A stretch of DNA of 64,000 bases from Ilumatobacteraceae bacterium (GCA_963743825.1 CAVURC010000019.1:37858-101857); one strand, 5' to 3'. Positions 29,040 through 39,809 are shown, counted from the stretch's first letter. Numbers and translations: made by a program. The notes: generated from the letters alone by a model not told the origin.

Positions 29040-29114
29040 CGATGTCCGTCGGGCTGGGGCATGCCCCGGAAACTATCGGTGCGATCGTGTGGCGGTGGCG
29101 GGCAGACTCCTGCG

Positions 29115-29828
29115 GTGACCCTGGCGGAAGTGGCCGACGATGCAGCCCGACGGCGTGCGATCCGCCGGCAGGCCGCCTCGATCATCGCTGCGGTCGCACC
29201 GTTCGGCGTCGTGTTCGGTGCCGCAGCGGCCACCGCCGGCCTCGATCTCTGGCAGGCGGTCGGGTTCTCGTCGCTGGTGTTCGGTGGCAGCTCGCAGTTC
29301 GCGGCGATCGAGATCCTGGGCGATGACGGCTCGATCGCCTCCGCAGCGATTTCCGGACTGCTCCTCAACGTGCGATCGCTGGCATTCGGCTTGATCATGG
29401 CCCCCGCACTGATCGGTCCGTGGTGGAAACGTGCAGCGATGTCTCAGTTGATGATCGACGAGTCGACGGCGGTCGGGGCCGCACAGGATGGGTTGCGCTG
29501 GCGCCGTTCCGGTTACCTGATCGCGGGCATCGGCGTGTTCGTGGTCTGGAACCTCACGACCATCGTCGGCTTCGTCGTGTTCTCGGACGCAGGCGACCTG
29601 ATCACCGACCTCGGCCTCGACGCGGCCGGGCCGGCGGCCTTTCTCGCCTTGCTGTGGCCGCGCCTGTCATCGGCGCCGCAGCGGCACACCGCGTTCGCCG
29701 GGTCGCTGATCGCGCTCGTGCTCATTCCCGTCGCTCCGCCGGGTGTTCCGATCCTGGCGTCGATGTTCGGTGTCGCCGTGGCGCTCGTGTGGCCGTCGGG
29801 TGATCCCGGCGTGGGCGAGCAGCAATGA
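29115..29828 (+). CDS. azlC: AzlC family branched-chain amino acid permease
   Basis: AzlC-like hydrophobic profile. Start chosen at GTG 29115; the ORF opens at 29061. Confidence 0.7.
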   Translation: MTLAEVADDAARRRAIRRQAASIIAAVAPFGVVFGAAAATAGLDLWQAVGFSSLVFGGSSQFAAIEILGDDGSIASAAISGLLLNVRSLAFGLIMAPALIGPWWKRAAMSQLMIDESTAVGAAQDGLRWRRSGYLIAGIGVFVVWNLTTIVGFVVFSDAGDLITDLGLDAAGPAAFLALLWPRLSSAPQRHTAFAGSLIALVLIPVAPPGVPILASMFGVAVALVWPSGDPGVGEQQ

Positions 29829-30133
29829 ACGCCGCGACGGCGGTGCTGGTGATCATGACGGTCGGCACATTCGCCCTGAAGTCGGCCGGGCCACTCGTGC
29901 TCGGTGACCGTGCACTTCCCGTTGGGTTTCAGCGCGTCGTGGATCTGCTGCCCGCAGCGTTGCTGGCAGCGCTGGCGCTCGTGTCGACGGTCGGTGACGG
30001 CCAGGAGATCGTCCTCGACGCTCGGCTCGTCGGTCTGATCGTGGCCGGCCTCGCGCTGTGGCGACGGGCGCCGTTCGTCGTCGTGATCCTGCTTGCGTCG
30101 GCAGCCACGGCGATCGCCCGCCTCATCGGCTGA
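29825..30133 (+). CDS. azlD: AzlD family branched-chain amino acid transport protein
   Basis: 102-aa 3-TM protein overlapping the azlC stop (ATGA). Confidence 0.7.
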   Translation: MNAATAVLVIMTVGTFALKSAGPLVLGDRALPVGFQRVVDLLPAALLAALALVSTVGDGQEIVLDARLVGLIVAGLALWRRAPFVVVILLASAATAIARLIG

Positions 30134-30161
30134 CTGCGGCACTGGTACTACGCTTTGGTCG

Positions 30162-30833
30162 ATGCCTTCGAACAAGACCATCGACCTCATGCCCGGCGAG
30201 AAGATGATCCTCTACGCGAACCCGCACTGGTGGTACTTCTGGAAGGAGGTCGCTGCCTCCTTCGGTCTGCTCGGCCTTCTCTTGTTGATGGTCGTCTTCG
30301 GCGATGGCGTCATCAACGACACGATCAAGTTCGTCGCCGGGATCGTGTTCGTGGTGATCATCCTGGCCACGATCTATGCGTTCATCGGCTGGAAGACGAC
30401 CCGGTTCGCCATCACCAACCAGCGCGTGGCATACCAGAGCGGCATCATCCAGCGACGAGGCGTGTCGATCCCGCTGAATCGGGTCAACAACGTCAACTTC
30501 ACCCAGTCGTTCATCGCCCGCGCACTCAACAACGGCATCGTGACGATCGAATCCGCCGGTGAGACCGGCGATTCGGTGTTCGAGAACATTCCGGATCCCG
30601 AGAAGGTCCGCACGCTCATCTTCCAGCAGGTCGAAGCCGACGAGCAGGCCGACTCCGATCGCAACGCAGCGTCACTGGCCAAAGCCATGCAGCAGCATGT
30701 TCCGCCGCCGCCGCCCGCTGCCGGGCCGTCCGCTCAGGAACGATTGAAGGCACTCGACGATCTCCGCGCGCAGGGCCTCGTCAACGACGCCGAGTACGAC
30801 GTCAAACGCAAGCAGATTCTCGACGAGCTCTAG
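30162..30833 (+). CDS. membrane protein with bacterial PH domain (bPH_2, YdbT-like) and C-terminal SHOCT domain
   Basis: Two TM helices, bPH_2 core (WKTTRFAITNQRVAYQSGIIQRRGVSIPLNRVNNV), Pro-rich linker, and SHOCT (RLKALDDLRAQGLVNDAEYDVKRKQIL). Confidence 0.65.
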   Translation: MPSNKTIDLMPGEKMILYANPHWWYFWKEVAASFGLLGLLLLMVVFGDGVINDTIKFVAGIVFVVIILATIYAFIGWKTTRFAITNQRVAYQSGIIQRRGVSIPLNRVNNVNFTQSFIARALNNGIVTIESAGETGDSVFENIPDPEKVRTLIFQQVEADEQADSDRNAASLAKAMQQHVPPPPPAAGPSAQERLKALDDLRAQGLVNDAEYDVKRKQILDEL

Positions 30834-30871
30834 TAGGAGACCGTTCGACCACCCAGGAAAGGCAGAAGCCC

Positions 30872-33130
30872 ATGAGTGTCGAGATCATCGTCATCATCGT
30901 GGTGATCGCGCTGCTGGCGATCCTGGTGTGGAAGTCGTTCCACGCCATTGGCGCCGCCGAGGTCGGGCTCGTCGCCAAACGCTTCGCGTTCCGCAAGCTC
31001 GGCGAGGACAACCCCATCGCATTCCGCGGTGAGGCCGGATACCAGGCCACGCTGCTGATGCCTGGGCTGCGTTTCAAGCTCTGGCCGATGTTCTACGTCA
31101 GGAAGTTCCCGTGGGTGCAGGTCCCGGCCGGCGAGATCGGGGTGGTGATCGCACAGGTGGGCGACCCCCTCCCCATCGGCGCGAAGAGCGCGGTGTACAA
31201 GCCCGAGCTCAGGAACTTCTCCGACATCGCCAGCTTCGTGCAGCACGGCGGCCAGAAGGGTGTGCAGCGACCGGTGCTGCCGCCGGGCACACTCGTGCCC
31301 ATCCACCCGGTCGCGTTCCTCGTGCTCACGCCCCAGACGGTGTACGGGCTGCCCGTGTCACCGGACCTCGCCGGCCAGGCCCGAGACGGCGTGCTCACCC
31401 CGGCATCGTTCGGACTGTCACCCGAACAGCTGCACGTGATGGTCATCGCGCCCGACTCCGCCCTCGACCTGGTCGGCGTCGTCACCGCACTCGAGGGCGA
31501 ACCGCTCCCGTCGGGCGACATCGCGAGCCGGCTCGGCGGCTTCGCCGACATCGCTGCGATCGAGGAGTCGAACGCCGGCGGGAGCACCAGCACCACCGAT
31601 GCCGAGCTCATCGACCTCCTGCTCGGCAGCAAGAACACCCTGCACAACAACTACCAGGACTTCCAGGCCTTCCTGGATGCCGGCGGCAGGATCGGACTGC
31701 AGCACGACCCGTTGCTGTACGGCGCCTACCTCCTGAACCCGTTCCTCGTACGCGTCGACCTCGTGCCGATGCTCGTGGTGAACCAGGGCGAGGTCGCCGT
31801 GATCAAGGGCTTCGTCGGTCTCCCCACCGCCGACACGTCGGGCGAGGAGTTCAAGTTCGGCTCGATCGTGCGCCCCGGGCATCGAGGCATCTGGACCGAA
31901 CCACTTCGCACCGGCAAGTACGCGATCAACCCGCGGGTGTACGCCGCCGAGATCGTGCCCACCTTCATCCTGACCCTCAACTGGGCCGAGGCGAGCTCCG
32001 AGGCCCACGACCTCGACGCGCACCTGTCGTCGATCGTGGCCAAGAGCCGCGAGGGCTTCGTCTTCCAGATCGACTTGCAGGTCCAGATCCATGTCCCCGA
32101 CACGCGCGCACCCAAGGTGATCTCGATGGTGGGCACGATGCGCAACCTCGTGAGCGAAGTGCTGCAGAGCGCGGTCGGCAACCACTTCCGCAACACGCTG
32201 CAGGCGCTCGAGGCGGTGCGCTTCATCGAGACCCGCCAGGCAGTGCAGAGCGCGGCGTTCGACGCGATCACCGGCTACCTCGGCCAGTACCAGGTGGAGA
32301 CCAAGGGTGTCTACATCCAAGACGTCGTGTTCCCCGCCGAACTCGTTCGCGTGCTCACCGAGCGCGAGATCGCCAACCAGGAGAAGGCCACGTTCGACGA
32401 GCAGCAGCGAGCGGAGACGGCGCGCATCGAGATGGAGAAGGCCAAGGGCACCGCGAACATGCAGTCGCAGCTCGCCGGCGCGCAGGTCGGCGTACAGATC
32501 AAGACCAACGAGGCAGAGGCGCGAGAGGCCGAGGCGCGGGGCGAGGCGGCCTACGTGCGGCTCACGGGTGACGCAGAGGCCGCACGCACCGAGGCGATCG
32601 GGCTCGCGGAAGCGAAGGCGACGGAGGCGCTCGGACTCGCTCGTGCCGTCGGGTTCGAGGCGCAGACCGAAGCACTGGGTGCGTCCGCGACAGCGTTGGT
32701 GGCGGTGGCCAACGCGGTGGCCGACGGCCACATCACGGTGGTCCCCGAGGTGCTCGTCACGGGTGGGGGCGGATCGCTCGACGGCCTGGCCGCCACGCTC
32801 ATGCGCTCGCTCACCAGTGGTGTCGGCGAGCAGCCCGATGACCGCGGCGACGAGACCGTGACCCTGGTGGGCGCCACCGACCCGCCGCCGTCCGCCGCCG
32901 TTGTCGTCCTCAGCGCCGACGTCTCGGACGCGCCGGACACGCCGGACGCGCCGCGACGGTCTCGCGTAACTGCCGGCCACCTTCACGCTTTGGTGCGACG
33001 CTCACCCCAGTGGCCCATCGCGCCGACCCGTTGGAATCGTTCGGGACGGTCATCGGGGCCGAGCACGTCGGTGGCGAGCCAGAGTCGCTTCAGCCAGCGC
33101 ACCCGGCCCGCAGCTGCGTCGTCGACGTAG
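30872..33130 (+). CDS. SPFH/Band-7 flotillin-like protein (long, coiled-coil C-terminal region); C-terminal ~50 aa doubtful
   Basis: N-terminal TM, SPFH core, and EA-repeat coiled coil. The last ~150 nt overlap the convergent TauD gene and read like antisense translation. Confidence 0.7.
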   Translation: MSVEIIVIIVVIALLAILVWKSFHAIGAAEVGLVAKRFAFRKLGEDNPIAFRGEAGYQATLLMPGLRFKLWPMFYVRKFPWVQVPAGEIGVVIAQVGDPLPIGAKSAVYKPELRNFSDIASFVQHGGQKGVQRPVLPPGTLVPIHPVAFLVLTPQTVYGLPVSPDLAGQARDGVLTPASFGLSPEQLHVMVIAPDSALDLVGVVTALEGEPLPSGDIASRLGGFADIAAIEESNAGGSTSTTDAELIDLLLGSKNTLHNNYQDFQAFLDAGGRIGLQHDPLLYGAYLLNPFLVRVDLVPMLVVNQGEVAVIKGFVGLPTADTSGEEFKFGSIVRPGHRGIWTEPLRTGKYAINPRVYAAEIVPTFILTLNWAEASSEAHDLDAHLSSIVAKSREGFVFQIDLQVQIHVPDTRAPKVISMVGTMRNLVSEVLQSAVGNHFRNTLQALEAVRFIETRQAVQSAAFDAITGYLGQYQVETKGVYIQDVVFPAELVRVLTEREIANQEKATFDEQQRAETARIEMEKAKGTANMQSQLAGAQVGVQIKTNEAEAREAEARGEAAYVRLTGDAEAARTEAIGLAEAKATEALGLARAVGFEAQTEALGASATALVAVANAVADGHITVVPEVLVTGGGGSLDGLAATLMRSLTSGVGEQPDDRGDETVTLVGATDPPPSAAVVVLSADVSDAPDTPDAPRRSRVTAGHLHALVRRSPQWPIAPTRWNRSGRSSGPSTSVASQSRFSQRTRPAAASST

Positions 33131-34044
33131 GCGCGGCGAGCGTGCAGCACGTGATAGTTGTTGACGAACTGCATCTCGCCCGGTCGGAGGGTCATCTCGA
33201 CACGGTTGTCACGGTCGTTGACCAGGCTGTCGTATGCGTCCATCGCCTCGACCTGGATCGGTGTCAGCCGCGGAGCCTCGGCGTGGCGCTGGGACGCTTC
33301 GATGTACGGTCGGATGTACCTCACGAACAGCCGGTCTCCCGTTGGCCCGGTGTGCCGGGTGAACACCGGCACCTCGTAGAAGGGACGGGCGCCATCGCGC
33401 TGTTCGCCACGGAAGTCGTAGGGGAGCGGTTCGTAGAGCACGGCTGCCAGATCCGGCCGGGTACGGACCAACGCGTTGTGTGCACCCAGTGCGTTGGCGA
33501 CCAGGCTCTCGCCGCCGCTGACGCCCGAGTCGAGACACAACAACCCGACGAGGTCGGAACCATCGCTGTGGAAACCGAGTGGGTGACCCCCGATCTCGTA
33601 GCCGCGAGCGGTCGGATCGTCGGGCGACTTGCCCTGGTCCTTCACGTCGCCGAGGAGGTGTCCCTTCGCGTTCTGCGGCCAGGGTTCGCCGAGGTGCATG
33701 CCGATGCCCCAGTACATCCACGACGCGCCCTCGGCACCGAGTCGCTCGACGTCGAGCGCCGCGATGCGGGCGACGCCGCGTCCGTTGACCAGTTCCTCGG
33801 CGAGCTCGTCGAGCAGTGGTGACAGCGTCGGGAGTGGGAAGTCCTCTGCCGTGACGTCGAGGACCTCGTCGGTCACCGAGCGGGCGTGGGCGAGTGCCGC
33901 GTCGAGTTCCGCATGGTGGGCGTCGGTGAGTCGGAGTGTCCACTCCTCGACGTCGCCGATGTCGTCGGCGCGCCAGTTGGCGTGGGTCTCCAACTCGATC
34001 ATGTCGTCCGCTGTCGGGAGGGGGCTGGATTCGATGGTGCTCAT
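32983..34044 (-). CDS. TauD/TfdA family Fe(II)/2-oxoglutarate-dependent dioxygenase
   Basis: HxD...H facial triad (GFHSDGSD; NNYHVLHAR). Start at MSTIESS (ATG 34044), 2 nt after the upstream stop. Confidence 0.8.
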   Translation of the reverse strand: MSTIESSPLPTADDMIELETHANWRADDIGDVEEWTLRLTDAHHAELDAALAHARSVTDEVLDVTAEDFPLPTLSPLLDELAEELVNGRGVARIAALDVERLGAEGASWMYWGIGMHLGEPWPQNAKGHLLGDVKDQGKSPDDPTARGYEIGGHPLGFHSDGSDLVGLLCLDSGVSGGESLVANALGAHNALVRTRPDLAAVLYEPLPYDFRGEQRDGARPFYEVPVFTRHTGPTGDRLFVRYIRPYIEASQRHAEAPRLTPIQVEAMDAYDSLVNDRDNRVEMTLRPGEMQFVNNYHVLHARRAYVDDAAAGRVRWLKRLWLATDVLGPDDRPERFQRVGAMGHWGERRTKA

Positions 34045-34046
34045 GG

Positions 34047-35774
34047 TCACGCTCCTGTCGGTGCGGGTTGGGCGCCTCGGATGAGCCGACCGGGAAGGGC
34101 ATCGGTGGCAACGCCGTCGTGGTAGGTCTCCTGGCCGGCGACGATCGTGTGGCGCCACCCGTCGGCTCGCTGCAGCAGCCGGCGACCGTTGGCGGGCAGG
34201 TCGTGGACGATGGTCGGCTTGTGGAGGCGCAGCCGCTCGAAGTCGACGACGTTGAGGTCGCCTCGGTAGCCGGGAGCGATGACACCGCGATCGAGGAGCC
34301 CGACAGTTCGCGCCGTGTCGCGACAGTGCCGCTGCACGAGGAAGGGCAGCGGGATGCGGTCGTGGTCGCGGTCGCGGCCCCAGTACGCCAGCAGGGTGGT
34401 GGGGAAGCTGCCGTCGCAGATCGTGCCGACGTGGGCGCCACCGTCGCCGAGGCCCGGAACCGTGTGTGGATGCACGAGCATCTCGTGACAGCCATCGAGG
34501 TTGCCGTCGACGTAGTTGAGGAAGGGCAGGTAGATCAGGCCGTGGCCGTCGTCGGCGAGCATCGCGTCGAGGGCGACCTCCTCGGGTTCGAGGCCTCGCT
34601 GCGCAGCGATGGCGGCAATCGACGTGTCGAGCGAGGGTTCGTAGTCGGGTTCGTCGGCCATCTCGAACAGGAGGTCGAAACGCCCGATCAGGTTCCCGCC
34701 GAGTTTGTCGCGTGATCGCTCGGCGGCCCCGGCGAGCAGTCGTTCGCGAAAGCCGGTGTCACGGAGCGCAGCGACTCGCTCGACCAGCGGTCGGTCGGCG
34801 ATCTCGCGGTACACGGGGTTGGTGACGAACGGGTTGAGTGTGCACTCCAGCCCGAGGATGAGTCCGACGGCGCGGGGTGCGACCTGGCCGGTCATCGTCA
34901 GTCCGTCGGCGTTGGCCTGCGTGATCCGGTCGAGGAGCCCGCGGAATGCGTCGGGCACCATCGGGTTGCGGGCGATCGAGATCGACATCGGTCGACCCGA
35001 CATCTCCACCATCCTTCGCAACGTGTCGAACTCGGCGTCGGGGTCGAGGAAGTCGGACACCACCTGGAGCACGCCGGTGCCCGTCGCGCCGACTCCCTGG
35101 GCGATGCCGATCAGTTCGTCGGGTGCGGCGGTCAGGGTGGGGGTGTACGCGCCGGTCGACGTCTTGTGGTTGCGGGTCCGGCTCGTGCTGAACCCGAGCG
35201 CCCCGGCTTCGATGCCCTCGCGGGCCAATTCGGCCATGGCTGCGATGTCGTCGGGCGTGGCGTCTTCGTGGTTGGCGCCACGCTCACCCATCACGTTCAG
35301 CCGCACCGCGCCGTGCGGCACCTGCATGGCGACGTCGATGTCGTGGGGGAGCGATTCGACTGCGTCGAGGAACTCCTTGAAGGAATTCCAGTTCCAGCGG
35401 AGTCCCTCGTGGAGCGCCGCGCCCGGGATGTCCTCGACGCCCTCCATCAACTCGATGAGCTTGTCGTGGTCGGCGTCGTGGACGGGAGCGAACCCGACGC
35501 CACAGTTCCCGGTGACCACAGTGGTCACGCCGTGCCATGACGACGGCTGCAACCGGGTGTCCCACGTGGCCTGTCCGTCGTAGTGGGAATGGATGTCGAC
35601 GATGCCCGGGATCACGAGGGCGCCGTCGGCATCGATCTCGCGAGCGGCGCCGGCGTCGACCGTGCCGACCTCGACGATGATGCCGTCGCGCACGGCGATG
35701 TCGGCAGTCCGGGCATCGACGCCGGTGCCGTCGATGACGGACCCGCCCCGGATGATCAGGTCGTACTCAGCCAT
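34047..35774 (-). CDS. D-aminoacylase-like amidohydrolase (Amidohydro_3 family)
   Basis: Metal-binding DIHSHYD and the N-acyl-D-amino-acid deacylase fold. Start at MAEYDLIIRGG. Confidence 0.8.
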   Translation of the reverse strand: MAEYDLIIRGGSVIDGTGVDARTADIAVRDGIIVEVGTVDAGAAREIDADGALVIPGIVDIHSHYDGQATWDTRLQPSSWHGVTTVVTGNCGVGFAPVHDADHDKLIELMEGVEDIPGAALHEGLRWNWNSFKEFLDAVESLPHDIDVAMQVPHGAVRLNVMGERGANHEDATPDDIAAMAELAREGIEAGALGFSTSRTRNHKTSTGAYTPTLTAAPDELIGIAQGVGATGTGVLQVVSDFLDPDAEFDTLRRMVEMSGRPMSISIARNPMVPDAFRGLLDRITQANADGLTMTGQVAPRAVGLILGLECTLNPFVTNPVYREIADRPLVERVAALRDTGFRERLLAGAAERSRDKLGGNLIGRFDLLFEMADEPDYEPSLDTSIAAIAAQRGLEPEEVALDAMLADDGHGLIYLPFLNYVDGNLDGCHEMLVHPHTVPGLGDGGAHVGTICDGSFPTTLLAYWGRDRDHDRIPLPFLVQRHCRDTARTVGLLDRGVIAPGYRGDLNVVDFERLRLHKPTIVHDLPANGRRLLQRADGWRHTIVAGQETYHDGVATDALPGRLIRGAQPAPTGA

Positions 35775-35840
35775 GGGCAAGTCTCGCGCTCGCCGACCCA
35801 CCAACCCGACCCGGACGCACCCACGCCGAGTTGGCGATGG

Positions 35841-37650
35841 TCAGGTGAGTTCGAGGCCCGCCATGGCGCCGTCGGCGCGCCACTGTTCGAGCACCTTGAT
35901 GAACGCGACCGAGCCGGCGCCGTAGCTGCCGTTCTTCACACTGCTCTGCGCGGGTTTGCCCTCGTTGTTGTAGTACCCCGGCGTGCACGACTCGAGGAAC
36001 TGCTGGTTCATCTGCGACAGGTTCACGATGGTCTCGACCCACGCGGCCTCGGCGTCGGCCTCCGGCCTCGATGACGGTGACGCCACGCTGTTTCGCCTCG
36101 GCGAGGATGTACGCGAGGTGCTTGCTCTGCTCGTTGAGCATGTGTGGGAAGTTCACCGTGAAGCCCGACTGCGTGAGGCTGAAGATGAAGCAGTTCGGGA
36201 AGTCTCGACTGTGCATCCCGTGGAGGGTCGATGCGCCGTCGTGCCACTTCTCGGTGAGTGTCAGCCCGTCACGTCCGTAGAGCTCGTATCCCGCTCGCCG
36301 GGTGTAGTCGGTGCCGACCTCGAAACCGGTGGCATAGATCAGACAGTCGATCTCGAACTCCTGCTCGACCAGGTTGCCGTCGGCGTCGCGCTGGTCGACG
36401 ACGATGCCCGTCGGTGTGATCCGCTTGACACCCCGACCCTCGGTGTCGATGAGGTGCACGTTCGCTCGGTTGAACGTGTCGAGGTACTGGTCGTGGAAAC
36501 ACGGGCGCTTGCAGAACTGGCGGTAGTACGGCTTGAGGGCCTCGGCCGTGGTCGGGTCGTCGACGATCGTTTCCACTCGGGCGCGGATCTGCTCCATCTT
36601 CTCGAAGTCGGCGAGCTCCATGGTGGCCATGAGACCCTCTGGCGTGAGGTCGCCCTCTCCGCTGCGCACCCGGATGAGCAGGTTGCCGATGATGTCGGTC
36701 CAGCCGTCGTCGACCAGATCCTCCGACTCGGGGATTCCCGAGACGAGGTTGTTGAAGTTCTCCATCCGCCGTTCCTGCCAACCCGGCTCCAGACCGGCGG
36801 CCCACTCGGGGTCGGTCGGCCGGTTGTCGCGGACGTCGATCGACGATGGCGTGCGCTGGAAGACGAACAACTCCTGCGCCGATGCCCCGAGGTGGGGGAC
36901 GCACTGCACCGCGGTTGCACCGGTGCCGATGATGCCGACACGCTTGTCGGCCAGGCCGACGAGACCACCGTTCGAGTCGCCGCCCGTGTAGTCGTAGTCC
37001 CACCGACTCGTGTGGAAACTGTGGCCCTCGAACGACTCGATGCCTTCGATGCCGGGCAGCTTCGGGCGATGCAGCGGTCCGCTCGCCATCACGATGTAGC
37101 GAGCGCGCATCGCATCACCGCGGTTCGTCGTCACGATCCAGCGGCTGATGGCGTCGTCCCAGCGCATCTCGGTGACCTCGGTCTGGAAGCAGGCATTTCG
37201 ATAGAGATCGAAGTGGCGGCCGATCGCCTGGCTGTGCGCGAGAATTTCGGCGGCCTGGGAGTACTTCTCCTGCGGCATGTATCCGATCTCTTCGAGCAGC
37301 GGCAGATAGACGTACGACTCGACATCGCACGCGGCACCGGGATAGCGATTCCAATACCAGGTGCCGCCGAAGTCGCCACCCTTCTCGATCACACGGATGC
37401 CATCGATGCCGGCCTCGCGTAGCCGGGCGCCGGCGAGGAGACCGCCGAACCCGCCGCCGATGATCAACACCTCGACCTCGTCGGTCAGCGGTTCGCGTTC
37501 GATCGGCGCGACGTACGGATCGTGGAGGTACCGCTCGAACTCACCGGTGACCTCGATGTACTGGTCGTTTCCCGCGTCACGCAGCCGCTTGTCGCGCTCC
37601 TCGCGGTACTTCTCGCGCAAGGCATCGGGATCGAACGTGGTCGTGCTCAC
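35841..37650 (-). pseudogene. Baeyer-Villiger (type I flavin) monooxygenase, frameshifted near 36060-36080
   Basis: FAD GGGFGG, BVMO fingerprint FxGxxxHxxxW (FEGHSFHTSRW), NADP GTGATA. The conserved C-terminus (EADAEAAWVETIV...TPGYYNNEG...) lies in frame 36086. Start at GTG 37650. Confidence 0.75.
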
Positions 37651-37693
37651 CCCGATGTTGTAGCTGGCGGATCCGGCGCGGCTCGACCCGGAG

Positions 37694-38377
37694 TCAGATG
37701 TCGAGGTGAGTGAACCGTTCGATGTCGCTGCGGTGGCCGGCCACCACCACCAGGTCGTGTTCACCCAGCACGGTCGCGCTCTCGGCGTACGTGAAGGTCT
37801 TGCCCTCTGGCTTGATGCACACGACGGTCACCTTGTAGGTGGCGCGAAGGTCGGTGTCGCCCAGGCGCTTGCCGGCGAGGCGCTCGGGCACCACCATCTC
37901 GACCATCACGAAGTCGTCGTCGAGCGCGAAGTACTCGATGAGCGCGCCGGTCACGAGTCGAGCGACGCGGCTCCCCATCTCGGCTTCGGGGAAGACCACG
38001 TGATGGGCACCGACCCGCTGCAGGATGCGGCCGTGGGAGTCGGTGAGGGCTTTGGCCCAGATGTTGGGAACAGCGAGGTCGACGAGCGCGCCGGTGGTCA
38101 GCACGCTCGCCTCGATGTCGGCGCCGATGGCGACAATGGCGGTCACTGCATCGGCGACACCGAGTTGACGCAGTGTCCGTTCGTTCGTGGTGTCGGCTTG
38201 GGCGACATGGGTGAGCAGGCCGGCGTGCTGTTGTACGCGGGTCTCGTCGGAGTCGAGGCCCAGAACTTCGTGACCCATCTCGACCAGTGTCGATGCGAGC
38301 GACGATCCGAATCGGCCCAACCCGATGACGACGATCTCGCCGCGGTGCTCGACCCGGGGGCGCAGCCCACCCAGCAT
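37694..38377 (-). CDS. trkA: TrkA/KtrA potassium transporter peripheral subunit (RCK_N + RCK_C)
   Basis: GEIVVIGLGRFG Rossmann motif and a TrkA-C domain. Start at MLGGL overlaps the trkH stop by ~18 nt. Confidence 0.8.
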   Translation of the reverse strand: MLGGLRPRVEHRGEIVVIGLGRFGSSLASTLVEMGHEVLGLDSDETRVQQHAGLLTHVAQADTTNERTLRQLGVADAVTAIVAIGADIEASVLTTGALVDLAVPNIWAKALTDSHGRILQRVGAHHVVFPEAEMGSRVARLVTGALIEYFALDDDFVMVEMVVPERLAGKRLGDTDLRATYKVTVVCIKPEGKTFTYAESATVLGEHDLVVVAGHRSDIERFTHLDI

Positions 38378-38393
38378 GGTGTGAAGAATTTTG

Positions 38394-39806
38394 TCAGCCA
38401 ATGATCGGTCGCTCCTCGGGATAACGGTACGCGCGCGGGTGTTCACGCAACGCAAGGGCAGTGACGAACGTGATGGGTCCGACTCGGCCGGCGAGCATCA
38501 CGAGCATCAACACGATCTGCGCCGATTGGCTGAGCGCAGCGGTGATGCCGGTCGACAATCCGGCCGTGCCGAACGCTGAGGTGACCTCGAAGAGTGCTGG
38601 TGCGAAGGTGAGGTCGTCGAATCCCATGATGGCCAACGCCGCAACGATGACGAGGCCGATCGACAGCAGCACCACGGTGAGACCCTGACGGACCGCACTG
38701 GGAGGGATCCGTCGCCGGAATGCATTGACGTCGGGGTTGCCGCGAACCTCTGACCACAACGCGAAGGCAAGCACGGCAAACGTCGTGACCTTGATACCGC
38801 CGGACGTGGACGCGGGGCCGGCGCCGATGAACATCAAGATGGCCGTCACCACCAACGTCGATTCGTGCATGCCGCCGATGTCGACGGTGTTGAACCCGGC
38901 GGTCCTCGGGGTCACGCCCTGGAACCACCCGGCCAGCACCTTGTCGAACAGGTCGAGACCGCCGAGTGTTGCCGGGTTCGCCCACTCGAATGCAGTGACA
39001 CAGACCACCCCGATCACGATCAGGGCGGCGGTGCTGAGCAGTGTGATCCGCGCATGCAGCGACCACGGTGGTCGTCGAGTCGTCCCGGCACTCCGGCGGA
39101 GCTGGCGCCGGCGGCGCAGCTCGACGATGATGGGAAAGCCGAGTCCGCCGATGATGAAGCCTGCCGAGACGGTCGACACGACGACCGGATCGCCGACGAA
39201 CCGGGTGAGGTTGTCGGGATAGAGCGAGAGGCCCGAGTTGTTGAATGCGGCGATCGAATGGAACAGCGCCGAGTACGCCGAACTCAGCGGACCGTCCTCG
39301 TAGCCGCCCTGCCAGAATCGCAGGAACAGGATGAACGCCACGGAACACTCGACGACCAACGTGATCTTCGCGATCGCGAGGAGCAACTGCTTCAGATCCC
39401 CGAGTTCGACGGAACCGATCTCGGCCTGCGTCAGCATCCGTTGACGGAGCCCGACCCGATTCGACACGAGCAGCACGAGCACGGAGCCGATCGTCATGAT
39501 GCCGAACCCGCCGACCTGCATGAGCGTCATGACGACGACTTCACCGAAGAGCGAGAAATCCGTCACGTCGACGCTCGCCAACCCGGTGACCGTTGCCGCC
39601 GAGGTCGCCATGAACAGCGCGTTGTCGACACCGATCGTGCCCGGTCCGTCGGCCGCCATCGGCAGAGCCAGCAAGACGGCACCGGCGGCGATGAGCGTCA
39701 GGAAGGCTGCGACGACGAGTCGGGCCGGATGGTTGATCGCATGGATCAGGCCGCCTGCTGCCACCGCAGGATCATATGACGACGAAGGCCCCATGGCCCG
39801 CGGCAT
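38394..39806 (-). CDS. trkH: TrkH/KtrB potassium uptake membrane subunit
   Basis: Multiple TM helices with repeated selectivity-filter-like motifs (GFNTVD, TSGGIKVTT). Start taken at MPRAMG. Confidence 0.8.
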   Translation of the reverse strand: MPRAMGPSSSYDPAVAAGGLIHAINHPARLVVAAFLTLIAAGAVLLALPMAADGPGTIGVDNALFMATSAATVTGLASVDVTDFSLFGEVVVMTLMQVGGFGIMTIGSVLVLLVSNRVGLRQRMLTQAEIGSVELGDLKQLLLAIAKITLVVECSVAFILFLRFWQGGYEDGPLSSAYSALFHSIAAFNNSGLSLYPDNLTRFVGDPVVVSTVSAGFIIGGLGFPIIVELRRRRQLRRSAGTTRRPPWSLHARITLLSTAALIVIGVVCVTAFEWANPATLGGLDLFDKVLAGWFQGVTPRTAGFNTVDIGGMHESTLVVTAILMFIGAGPASTSGGIKVTTFAVLAFALWSEVRGNPDVNAFRRRIPPSAVRQGLTVVLLSIGLVIVAALAIMGFDDLTFAPALFEVTSAFGTAGLSTGITAALSQSAQIVLMLVMLAGRVGPITFVTALALREHPRAYRYPEERPIIG

Positions 39807-39809
39807 CCT

